Shown: positions 17,765 through 25,871 of the stretch, in pieces
How the letters are laid out: each line of letters starts with the position of its first letter
Position numbering within the stretch: the stretch's first letter is position 1
From: Vicinamibacterales bacterium
GTDB taxonomy: Bacteria > Acidobacteriota > Vicinamibacteria > Vicinamibacterales > CAVVIG01
Assembly (NCBI GenBank): GCA_035693505.1
Contig: DASSGK010000574.1
Span: forward strand, 62 to 64,061
Direction of reading: 5' to 3'
Length of the DNA: 64,000 nt
Position numbers and translations under genes: made by a program
The notes under the pieces: model-generated
What the model was told of the DNA's origin: nothing
Database searches by the model: none
Seen by the model: only the letters and a program-made list of their open reading frames with translations

Positions 17765-19012
17765 ATGGGCGCGAAACGATCTGCTCGTCGAGAATTCCTG
17801 AGAACCGGCGCCGCGTTGGCGGGCGGGTTCACCCTGGGCGGCGCAGCGCCCGCGCTCGGGCAGGCGCCGGCCCAGCCGCCGATGATCAAAGGCGAGAGGG
17901 AAGGCGAGATTGCCTATGGCGCTCGCTCGAAGTTCGTCACCTCGGCCCGCATCCCGCACGGCGGCAGGCCCTCGCCCGATACCTTCGGCCTGACGTTTCA
18001 CGTCGCGAGCCCGCTCCAGGACTCGGTCGGGGTCATCACGCCGTCCTCGCTGCACTACTTCGCGACGACGCGTGGCGCGTACCTTCCGGATATCGATCCC
18101 AGACAACACACGCTGATGATCCACGGGCTGGTGGATCGTCCGCTGACGTTCACCATGGACGACTTGAAGCGCTTCCCGTCCGTGACGCGCCTGCACTTCA
18201 TCGAGTGCGCCGGGAACCGTTCGTCGCGTCGCGCGAAGACGGTGCAGGAAACGCACGGCATGACGAGCAACGCGGAGTGGACCGGCGTGCTCCTGTCGAC
18301 GCTGTTGAAAGAATGCGGTCTGAAAAACAGCGCGAAATGGTTCGTCGCCGAGGGCTCGGAAGAAGTCAAAGGCGCGTCGAGCATGCCGATCGCCAAGGCG
18401 ATGGACGACTGCATCGTGGCGTACGGCATGAACGGCGAGGCGGTGCGCCCGCAGAACGGATTCCCGCTGCGGCTGATGGTCCCGGGCTTCGAGGGGATCC
18501 TTCACACCAAGTGGCTGCAGCGCATCAAGCTCGTCGATCGCTACTACATGAACTACAACGACTTCGGACATCTCGATCAGGACGACAGAGTCGCGGCGCT
18601 CGCCTATCAGATCGGACCCAAGTCGGTCATCACGTTTCCGTCCGGCGACCAGCGGCTGCCCGGCAAGGGCTTCTATGAGATCAGCGGCCTGGCCTGGTCC
18701 GGCGGCGGCGCCATCAAGCAAGTGGAGGTGTCGGTCGACGGCGGCAAGAAATGGAACAAGGCCGAATTCCGCGGCACTCCACAGCGGATGGCGCATTGCC
18801 GTTTCGCCTACCCGTGGAACTGGGACGGCAACGAGACCGAGATCCTGTCGCGGTGCGTCGACGAGATCGGACAGGCGCAGCCGACGCGCGAGCAGATCGC
18901 CAAGTACTGGAACAAACCCTACGATCAGACGTTCAGCGTGCCGGGGCTGGACAACAGCATCCAACCCTGGAAAATCGCCAGTGACGGGAGCGTGACCAAT
19001 GGGTTCGCGTAG
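17765..19012 (+). CDS. sorA: Sulfite-oxidase-family molybdopterin oxidoreductase (SorA-like), Tat-exported
   Basis: Tat-like 'RREFLRTGAALAGG'. 'FIECAGN' contains the Mo-ligand Cys region. The C-terminal dimerisation domain is 'ISGLAWSGGGAIKQVEVSVDGGKKW'. Confidence 0.85.
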   Translation: MGAKRSARREFLRTGAALAGGFTLGGAAPALGQAPAQPPMIKGEREGEIAYGARSKFVTSARIPHGGRPSPDTFGLTFHVASPLQDSVGVITPSSLHYFATTRGAYLPDIDPRQHTLMIHGLVDRPLTFTMDDLKRFPSVTRLHFIECAGNRSSRRAKTVQETHGMTSNAEWTGVLLSTLLKECGLKNSAKWFVAEGSEEVKGASSMPIAKAMDDCIVAYGMNGEAVRPQNGFPLRLMVPGFEGILHTKWLQRIKLVDRYYMNYNDFGHLDQDDRVAALAYQIGPKSVITFPSGDQRLPGKGFYEISGLAWSGGGAIKQVEVSVDGGKKWNKAEFRGTPQRMAHCRFAYPWNWDGNETEILSRCVDEIGQAQPTREQIAKYWNKPYDQTFSVPGLDNSIQPWKIASDGSVTNGFA

Positions 19013-19565
19013 AGTGCTCCCGATCGCGTTCGCGTCGCTGATGTGCGTCCCGGCGCTGGCGCAAGGGCCCACGTACGGCATCGGACGCCCGCCAACCGCC
19101 GAGGAGATCCGCGCGCGCGACATCTCCATCGGTCCGACCGGCGAGGAGCTGCCGCCGGGAAAGGGCAGCGCCAGGGAAGGCGCGCTTGTTTATCGCGCGA
19201 AGGGATGCGCCGGATGCCACGGCGCCAACGGCATCGGCGGCTCTGCGCCGATTCTGAAGAGCAGAGATCCCTCGAATCCCGACGTCTGGGCGCGGGGGCG
19301 AATCCTGCCGCTGCGCGCGCCGTTCGCGACGACGGTCTGGGACTACATCAATCGCGGCATGCCGCTCAATCGCGAGGGAACACTGACGCCGGACGAGGTC
19401 TACGCGCTGACGGCGTATCTTTTGTCCATCAACGGCGTCGTCCCCGAAGACCAGGTTCTCGATCAGCAGAATCTCGCGCAGGTGAAGATGCCGCTGGGCG
19501 ACCACTACGCGTCACTCCCTGATTGGAAGCCGCGGACGCAACGGTTGAAAGGCTATCCCTACTGA
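18999..19565 (+). CDS. sorB: Mono-haem cytochrome c (SorB-like partner)
   Basis: Signal peptide and 'CAGCHG' haem motif. The start overlaps the sorA-like stop by 14 nt. Confidence 0.75.
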   Translation: MGSRRVLPIAFASLMCVPALAQGPTYGIGRPPTAEEIRARDISIGPTGEELPPGKGSAREGALVYRAKGCAGCHGANGIGGSAPILKSRDPSNPDVWARGRILPLRAPFATTVWDYINRGMPLNREGTLTPDEVYALTAYLLSINGVVPEDQVLDQQNLAQVKMPLGDHYASLPDWKPRTQRLKGYPY

Positions 19566-19589
19566 AGTTGTTGGATATCAGGCAGCCGG

Positions 19590-19958
19590 ATGAGCGTGAA
19601 AAGGATCGTACCCGACATCACATCGAAGGACCTCGATGCCAGCCGACGGTTTTACGTCGACGTCCTGGGCCTGGAGGTCGCGATGGACATGGGCTTCATC
19701 GTGACACTGGTGTCGCCGACCAATCCGACTGCTCAGGTCAGTCTCATGACGGACGATGGTTCCTCAACGATTCTTCCTCAGATGAGCGTAGAAGTCGCTG
19801 ATGTCGATGACGTCCATTCGCGTGCGGTGTCGCATGGCCTGAACATCGTGTATCCGCTCACGAACGAACCGTGGGGTGTCCGACGATTCTTCGTGACCGA
19901 TCCCAACGGCATCGTCATCAACGTGATGTGCCATCTTGGGCGAGCTCCATCAGACTAA
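19590..19958 (+). CDS. VOC / glyoxalase-bleomycin-resistance family protein
   Basis: 'ASRRFYVDVLGLEV' and 'EPWGVRRFFVTDPNGIVINV' are typical VOC strings. Confidence 0.8.
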   Translation: MSVKRIVPDITSKDLDASRRFYVDVLGLEVAMDMGFIVTLVSPTNPTAQVSLMTDDGSSTILPQMSVEVADVDDVHSRAVSHGLNIVYPLTNEPWGVRRFFVTDPNGIVINVMCHLGRAPSD

Positions 19959-20094
19959 GCGATCCGATCCGCCACCACATTTCATTGCTTACCCAGGCGC
20001 AGTGAAAGCGATGGGTGGTTCAACTCCTATGTAGGCATCGACAGGCCTGCGAATCGCGCAGCGCTCCAGTCGTACTGTCCACCTAGGAGATCCG

Positions 20095-22071
20095 ATGAAG
20101 ATTTTCGCTTCGACCGGTCGATTTCGCCGCTTCCGGCTGTTCGCCGTCGGCGTGCTGTGCGCCTCTCTTGTCGCGCCGACTCTGGCCAGCCAGCCGCCAA
20201 ATATCCTCGACGACAATCGGGACGACACCGCTCTCTCGCTTCTGGAGTCGGGCCTCTTCACCGCGGCCATCGGACTCCTCGGCTTCTCCGTCAACCCGCT
20301 CATCGGCACCTACCTGCCCGTCGACATCAGCGGCCGGGTGCTCGCTCATCCCAAGATTCACAACCTCTATCTCGACGACGACTGGGACTCGCACAATCCG
20401 GACGCTCCGACCAGCGCACAGATCGACGCGTTTACACGCCAGCTCGCGTCCAGTCACTACCTGGACGCGGCCAGCCAGTACGGCGTTCACGCCGCTGAGT
20501 TCACGGGTTCGCACGGCCGGAGCCTCCTGTGCTCACCGCTCCAGCCGCGAGTGGACCGCGCGGAATTCGTGGAGCTCCTCGCCTGGGTCTCGTGCGAGGT
20601 CAGCTTCAGCCCTCCGGTGCCGGGCCTGATTCCGCCGCTCACGGGCGTACCGCAGACCAACGACGACACGCTCTACGTGATCTACCTTCCGCGCTCGATG
20701 GACATCGTCGACGGCGGCTGCGATTCGCTGAGCGGAGTCCATTTCTTCGGCGCCGCTCCGAACTTCAAGTTCCTGGACGTCTTCGGTATCCCGCTTCCCA
20801 TCCCCGTCCCCTATGCACAGACGTTCGCGTACGCGGTGATTCCAACAAAGTGCGCAGCCGGCGACGCTCAGGCGATCAGGGACCACATCACCGAGGCGGC
20901 GAGCCATGAAATCATCGAATCGGCGACCGACCCGCTGGTCGGCACCGGATGGATCAACAACATCGTCACCGGCAGCGATGGCAACATCCTGTCGCTGACG
21001 ATCGATCAGCTCAGCAACGTCGGTCTCGACCTGCGGGCTGGAGAGGTGGCGGATATCTGTGAATTGGGAGGGACGCCCGGGCCGCCGGCCTTCCAGCACC
21101 CGACCGACGCCGTGGCGATTCCGGTCAACGACCCGTCGTTGGACAACCGGATCAAGGTCGCGCCGTACTGGTCGAACGCTGACGCGCGGGCGCACGCGAG
21201 CGACCCGAATTTCAACGCGTGCGTACCGTTCCTGCCGACGAGCACGGTGACGTTCGGGTCGCCGACCTTTGCGGGAGCCGGCGGAAAGTACGTCACGTCC
21301 GCCACGACCATCACGATCGATGCGACTGATGGCGGCAGCAATACGCCCGCGGCGTCCGTCTCGTACCGTTCCTACCTGCGCGGGACCACGCCGCCCGACT
21401 TCACGACGCAGCCGCCGCCGGTGCAATTAACCCTCGTCGGGGCTGACGGCGCCTACATCGTCGAAGCCTTCGCCACGGGAAACAACGGGCTCGTCGAGGT
21501 GGCGCATTCAGTGACGGCGATTCTCGACAACACCGCGCCCATCACTACGATCGTCGAGCCCGCGGCAATCGCCTACCCCCACAGCCAGACGCTGACGCTC
21601 GACTATTCGACAAGTGACGGCACCGGATCCGGAGTGGCATCCGCGATCACCAGCCTCGACGGATCCACGACGTTGAACGGCCATGGCCTGGCGAGTGGGC
21701 AGGCCATCAACCTGCTGACGGAGCTGTCGCTCGGGCCGCACTCGTTTTCGGTCGCGGGAATGGACAACCTCGCGAATGCCGGCGTGTCCACCATTTCGTT
21801 CACGATTGTGGTGACTCCCGACAGCATCAAACAGGACGTGAACCTGTTCCTGGCGGCAGGGCTCATCAAGAACGTCGGGATGGCCAACTCTCTTCTTGCG
21901 AAGCTCTCATCGGCGGAGGAGGCGCGCGCTCGCGGGAATTGCTCAACAGCGGCCCACGAGTACGACGCTTTCATCCGCGAGTTGCAGGCGCAAGGCGGCC
22001 AGGGCGTCGACGCCTCAGCGGCGACGATCATGATTGGCGACGCGCAATACCTGGTGAGTCATTGCCCGTAA
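20095..22071 (+). CDS. Large exported hypothetical protein (unknown N-domain with 'SHEIIESATDP', Ig-like middle, helical C-terminal module)
   Basis: AGGAG lies 5 nt before ATG 20095. Signal peptide 'FRLFAVGVLCASLVAPTLASQ'. 'DNTAPITTI' is Ig-like. The C-terminal helix pair is 'GLIKNVGMANSLLAKL...EYDAFIRELQAQGG'. Confidence 0.7.
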   Translation: MKIFASTGRFRRFRLFAVGVLCASLVAPTLASQPPNILDDNRDDTALSLLESGLFTAAIGLLGFSVNPLIGTYLPVDISGRVLAHPKIHNLYLDDDWDSHNPDAPTSAQIDAFTRQLASSHYLDAASQYGVHAAEFTGSHGRSLLCSPLQPRVDRAEFVELLAWVSCEVSFSPPVPGLIPPLTGVPQTNDDTLYVIYLPRSMDIVDGGCDSLSGVHFFGAAPNFKFLDVFGIPLPIPVPYAQTFAYAVIPTKCAAGDAQAIRDHITEAASHEIIESATDPLVGTGWINNIVTGSDGNILSLTIDQLSNVGLDLRAGEVADICELGGTPGPPAFQHPTDAVAIPVNDPSLDNRIKVAPYWSNADARAHASDPNFNACVPFLPTSTVTFGSPTFAGAGGKYVTSATTITIDATDGGSNTPAASVSYRSYLRGTTPPDFTTQPPPVQLTLVGADGAYIVEAFATGNNGLVEVAHSVTAILDNTAPITTIVEPAAIAYPHSQTLTLDYSTSDGTGSGVASAITSLDGSTTLNGHGLASGQAINLLTELSLGPHSFSVAGMDNLANAGVSTISFTIVVTPDSIKQDVNLFLAAGLIKNVGMANSLLAKLSSAEEARARGNCSTAAHEYDAFIRELQAQGGQGVDASAATIMIGDAQYLVSHCP

Positions 22072-22125
22072 TACGACGTCAATTGACTGTCAGCTCCAGA
22101 ACACACTGATCGGCAAGCCTCCTTC

Positions 22126-22154
22126 AGCGCCGCGATCGTATCGATCGCGGCGCT
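22126..22154 (+). terminator. 13-bp perfect hairpin downstream of the 20095..22071 gene
   Basis: aGCGCCGCGATCG-tat-CGATCGCGGCGCt, followed by 'cttcgtg', a weak U-tract. Located 55 nt after the stop codon. Confidence 0.45.
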
Positions 22155-22280
22155 CTTCGTGCGCGCCCGCCCCAGGCCCCACAGACTCTTCGACACCCGC
22201 GCATAAACCTTGACCCGTCCCGTCTCCGGGTATATAGCCACAGTGACGTTTGTCGCTTGCGGCGAAGAAGAGAGGCGCTC

Positions 22281-23114
22281 ATGAGCCGGACGGGACAAAG
22301 GCTCGCGGTTTTCCTGGCGTTCGCGCTTGGCTGCGTCTGCGCGCACGCGGCGGCCGCACAGGATCGATCGGCCCCGCGTCCCGAGCCGCGGGCGGCTACC
22401 AATCCATTGGAAGGTAACGCGCTGGCCATCAGCAACGGCGCCGCCATGTTCCGCAACCGCTGCGCGGGCTGCCACGGACCCGATGCGCACGGCTACCTCG
22501 GTCCCGATCTCACGTCGTACTGGTCCGCCGGCGGCACCGACGCTCGCATGTTCGACATCGTCCGGAAAGGCGTCCCCGGCACAGAGATGATTGGCGCGGA
22601 TCCGCTGCGCGTGCTCGACAAGGACATCTGGCAGACGCTCGCCTACATCCGCACGCTGAGTGCAGTCCCTGCCGCGGCGCCGACCGGGGACGCCGTGAGT
22701 GGCGAACGCGTCTTCAGGACGAACTGCGCGAGCTGTCACCGGGTCAACGGACGCGGCGGGCAACTCGGTCCCGATCTCTCGCGCATCGGATCGGCGCGGC
22801 CCCGCGCCGGACTCGCGAGCAAGATTCGCGGATCGAGCGATGTCATCCGGCCGGGATACGAGCCGGTGACGCTGGTGACCCGCGACGGCGAGCGCATTCG
22901 CGGCGTCAGGAAGAACGAAGACGAGTTCTCGATTCAGATCATGGACGCGCGCGAGCGCCTCCAGGGATACGTCAAGGCCAACCTGACCGCGATCACGTTC
23001 GACAAGCAATCGCTGATGCCGGTGTACGGTCCCGATCGGTTGAACGATCGCGACTTCGACGATCTCCTGCGGTACCTGACGTCGCTCCGCGGGGCGACCG
23101 AGACGGCACGATGA
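22281..23114 (+). CDS. Di-haem c-type cytochrome (cassette 1)
   Basis: GAGAGG lies 5 nt before ATG 22281. Signal peptide. Two CxxCH motifs ('CAGCHG', 'CASCHR'). Paralogous to 59758..60624 along its full length. Confidence 0.85.
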   Translation: MSRTGQRLAVFLAFALGCVCAHAAAAQDRSAPRPEPRAATNPLEGNALAISNGAAMFRNRCAGCHGPDAHGYLGPDLTSYWSAGGTDARMFDIVRKGVPGTEMIGADPLRVLDKDIWQTLAYIRTLSAVPAAAPTGDAVSGERVFRTNCASCHRVNGRGGQLGPDLSRIGSARPRAGLASKIRGSSDVIRPGYEPVTLVTRDGERIRGVRKNEDEFSIQIMDARERLQGYVKANLTAITFDKQSLMPVYGPDRLNDRDFDDLLRYLTSLRGATETAR

Positions 23115-24799
23115 GGAGGAGCATGCGCAAGCAGACGAGAGGGCTGGATGGGCGGGACGGGCAGGATGGGCAGGACACGAATCGGATCGTACCTGCGGTG
23201 CTGGTGATTCTCGCGTGCGCGCTCTCGTGGACGCTCGTCTCCGCCCAGCAGCCGACCGCGTCGGTCACCTCGCAGGATCTTCGCGAGGGCCTGAAGAATC
23301 CGACGCGCTGGCTCACCTACGGCGGCGACTACGGCAACCTTCGCCACAGCCCGCTCACCCAGATTACGCCGGCGAACGTGAATCGGCTGGTGCCGCAGTG
23401 GCAGTTCCAGACCGACACGCTCGGCAAGTTCGAGGCGGCGCCGCTGGTCTTCGACGGCGTCGTTTACGTGACTGGACCGCTCGACACCGGATGGGCGCTC
23501 GACGCCCGCACCGGCCGGCAGATCTGGCGCTACCGGCGTGAACTCCCCAGCGGCCTCATCGCCTGCTGCGGCCTCGTGAACCGCGGCTTTGGCGTCCTGG
23601 GCGATCTCCTCTTCAAGACGACGCTCGATGCGCACATCGTGGCGATCAGCCGCAAGACGGGCGCGATCGAGTGGGACACAGCGATGGAGGATTTCCGTCG
23701 CGGCTACAGCGGGACGACCGCGCCGCTCGTCGTGAAAGATAAAGTGATCGTCGGCATTGCCGGCGCCGAGTACGGCATTCGCGGTTTCATCGATGCGTAC
23801 GATGCGCAAACGGGAAAACAAGTCTGGCGGTTCTACACGACCGCGGGCCCCCAGGATCCCGGCCACGGCACATGGCGCGGGACCGATGCGAAGGCATGGG
23901 AGCACGGCGGCGGATCAATCTGGGTGCCCGGCGCCTACGATCCCGAGCTCAATCTCACCTACTGGGGCACGGGGAACGCGGGGCCTGACTACAACGGCCT
24001 CGAGCGCGAGGGCGACAATTTGTACACCGCATCGGTGGTTGCGCTCGACGCCGACACGGGCAAGCTGCGCTGGCACTATCAATTCACACCGCACGACATC
24101 TGGGACTACGACTCGACGCAAATGCCGGTGCTGGCTGACGTCACGCTCGGCGGAGAGCTGCGAAAAGTGGTCCTCTTCGCGAATCGCAACGGGTTCTTCT
24201 ACGTGCTCGATCGCGCGACAGGCAATCTGATTCGCGGCAAGCCGTTCATCCAGACGACGTGGGCGAAGGAAATCCGGGCGGATGGCCGGCCGATGCTCCT
24301 GCCCAACTCCGTGCCGAGCGAGCAGGGCACGAGAGTCTGTCCCGATCAGTCCGGGGGGACCAACTGGATGCCGCCGTCGTTCGATCCGTCGCTCGGCCTC
24401 TTCTTCGTGACCGCGCGCGAGTCGTGCGGCATCTTCTTCACGTGGAAAGACGATTACACGCCCGGCGAGGCCTTTCGCGGCGGGGCGGTCCAGCGGCTCG
24501 GCGACACGCAGTCGAGCATGCTGCGCGCGATCGACGTCACGACCGGCGAGCGGCGCTGGGAGTTTCCATACACCACGCAGTCATGGGCCGGCGTGCTGTC
24601 CACGGCGTCCGGCCTGGTCTTCGCCGGCGGATCGGGAAACGTGATGGCGTTCGACGCGAAGAGCGGAAAAAACCTCTGGCATTTCCAGACCGGCTCGTCG
24701 CTCTACGCGGGCGCGATGACCTACATGGTCGACGGCCGCCAGTACGTCCTCTTGCCTGCCGGTACGACGTTGACCGCGTTCGCGCTCGCAGAATTTTAA
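23111..24799 (+). CDS. PQQ-dependent alcohol dehydrogenase, methanol/ethanol family (cassette 1)
   Basis: ATGA overlap with the cytochrome gene. 'LTYGGDYGNLRHSPL', vicinal 'ACCG', 'GAEYGIRG', 'YWGTGNAGP' and 'HDIWDYD' (Asp codons at 24104 and 24110). Confidence 0.92.
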   Translation: MRRSMRKQTRGLDGRDGQDGQDTNRIVPAVLVILACALSWTLVSAQQPTASVTSQDLREGLKNPTRWLTYGGDYGNLRHSPLTQITPANVNRLVPQWQFQTDTLGKFEAAPLVFDGVVYVTGPLDTGWALDARTGRQIWRYRRELPSGLIACCGLVNRGFGVLGDLLFKTTLDAHIVAISRKTGAIEWDTAMEDFRRGYSGTTAPLVVKDKVIVGIAGAEYGIRGFIDAYDAQTGKQVWRFYTTAGPQDPGHGTWRGTDAKAWEHGGGSIWVPGAYDPELNLTYWGTGNAGPDYNGLEREGDNLYTASVVALDADTGKLRWHYQFTPHDIWDYDSTQMPVLADVTLGGELRKVVLFANRNGFFYVLDRATGNLIRGKPFIQTTWAKEIRADGRPMLLPNSVPSEQGTRVCPDQSGGTNWMPPSFDPSLGLFFVTARESCGIFFTWKDDYTPGEAFRGGAVQRLGDTQSSMLRAIDVTTGERRWEFPYTTQSWAGVLSTASGLVFAGGSGNVMAFDAKSGKNLWHFQTGSSLYAGAMTYMVDGRQYVLLPAGTTLTAFALAEF

Positions 24800-24805
24800 G
24801 TTGCT

Positions 24806-25807
24806 ATGACGAGTCAGCGAACGCGCGTGGTGTTTGGGATTGTTCTGGTGTTGAGCGCATCGGCACTCGTGCCGTCCCGGATCGTGTCGGCTCCGGTCGC
24901 CGGTTATCAGGAAGTGAAGGATTGGCCCAGGCTCCCCTCGAGCGTCCAGCTCGGGGAAGCCGCAGGCGTGGCCGTCGACATGAACGGCCATGTGTTCATC
25001 TTCCACCGGCCGGGCCGAGGGTTCGACACAGCGGCAACCGAAAAGCTCGCAGAGCCGCCGGTACTCGAGGTCGACGCCGATACGGGAATGTTGATTCACT
25101 CGTGGGGCGCCAACACGTTTCTTGTGCCTCACGGAATCACGATCGATCGCGACAACAACGTCTTTCTCACCGACGTCGGGCTGCAGCAGGTCTTCAAGTT
25201 CACGCACGACGGAAAGCCGCTCATCACGCTGGGCGAACCCCGCGTGGGGGCGTGGGATGCCACTCATTTCAATGAACCCACCGACATCCAGATTCGGCCC
25301 GACGGGTCGTTCTACGTGTCGGACGGCTACGTGAACAGCCGCGTCGCAATGTTCGACAGGAACGGCAAATGGACCGGGGAGTGGGGCAGGAAGGGCGCCG
25401 GCCCCGGCGAGTTCAGCAATCCCCACGGGATCACGTTCGTGCCAGGCAATGACGATATCCTCGTCGCCGACCGTGAAAACTCGCGGCTCCAGCTCTTCGA
25501 CCGGACTGGCGTGTTCAAGAGGCAGTGGACCGGTGTCAAGGATGCTCAGACGACCGGCCGTGTGTTCAGCGTGGCCGCCGATCCCGCCGGATTTTATTAC
25601 GTCGGCATCCGGCGAGCCGATTACGACAGCGAGCACACCGGCGTGCTGAAGCTCGATCGCGACTGGAACATTGTCACGTCGATTGGCTTCGGGCGGCCGG
25701 GCGACCCGGTGTTCAATGCCGTGCACGATCTCGCCGTGGGCCGCGACGGGTCGATCTATGTTGCCGAAACGCGCACGAAGCGGGTCGTCAAGCTTCGTCC
25801 ACGGTGA
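24806..25807 (+). CDS. NHL-repeat beta-propeller protein (peptidyl-alpha-hydroxyglycine lyase-like)
   Basis: Signal peptide. Repeated 'PHGITIDRDNNVFLTD', 'PTDIQIRPDGSFYVSDGY', 'PHGITFVPGNDDILVADRENSRLQLFD' and 'VHDLAVGRDGSIYVAE' blades. Confidence 0.8.
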   Translation: MTSQRTRVVFGIVLVLSASALVPSRIVSAPVAGYQEVKDWPRLPSSVQLGEAAGVAVDMNGHVFIFHRPGRGFDTAATEKLAEPPVLEVDADTGMLIHSWGANTFLVPHGITIDRDNNVFLTDVGLQQVFKFTHDGKPLITLGEPRVGAWDATHFNEPTDIQIRPDGSFYVSDGYVNSRVAMFDRNGKWTGEWGRKGAGPGEFSNPHGITFVPGNDDILVADRENSRLQLFDRTGVFKRQWTGVKDAQTTGRVFSVAADPAGFYYVGIRRADYDSEHTGVLKLDRDWNIVTSIGFGRPGDPVFNAVHDLAVGRDGSIYVAETRTKRVVKLRPR

Positions 25808-25871
25808 TTGAGGCGCCCTTGAAGGTTCCTTTGATTGTGCTTCGCCTATCAGGCAGAATTGGGCCAAGCCA

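Noticed and set aside
16100-19129. 1009-aa minus-strand ORF, the longest in the track
   Set aside because: It is antisense to three plus-strand genes with clear family motifs (S53 peptidase, SorA-like, cytochrome c). Its translation is Arg/Ala/Gly/Pro-rich low-complexity, typical of GC-driven shadow ORFs.
20017-20027. GGTTCAACTCC, a tRNA T-loop-like string in an intergenic region
   Set aside because: The flanking bases do not form a T-stem, and no acceptor or anticodon arms could be built around it.
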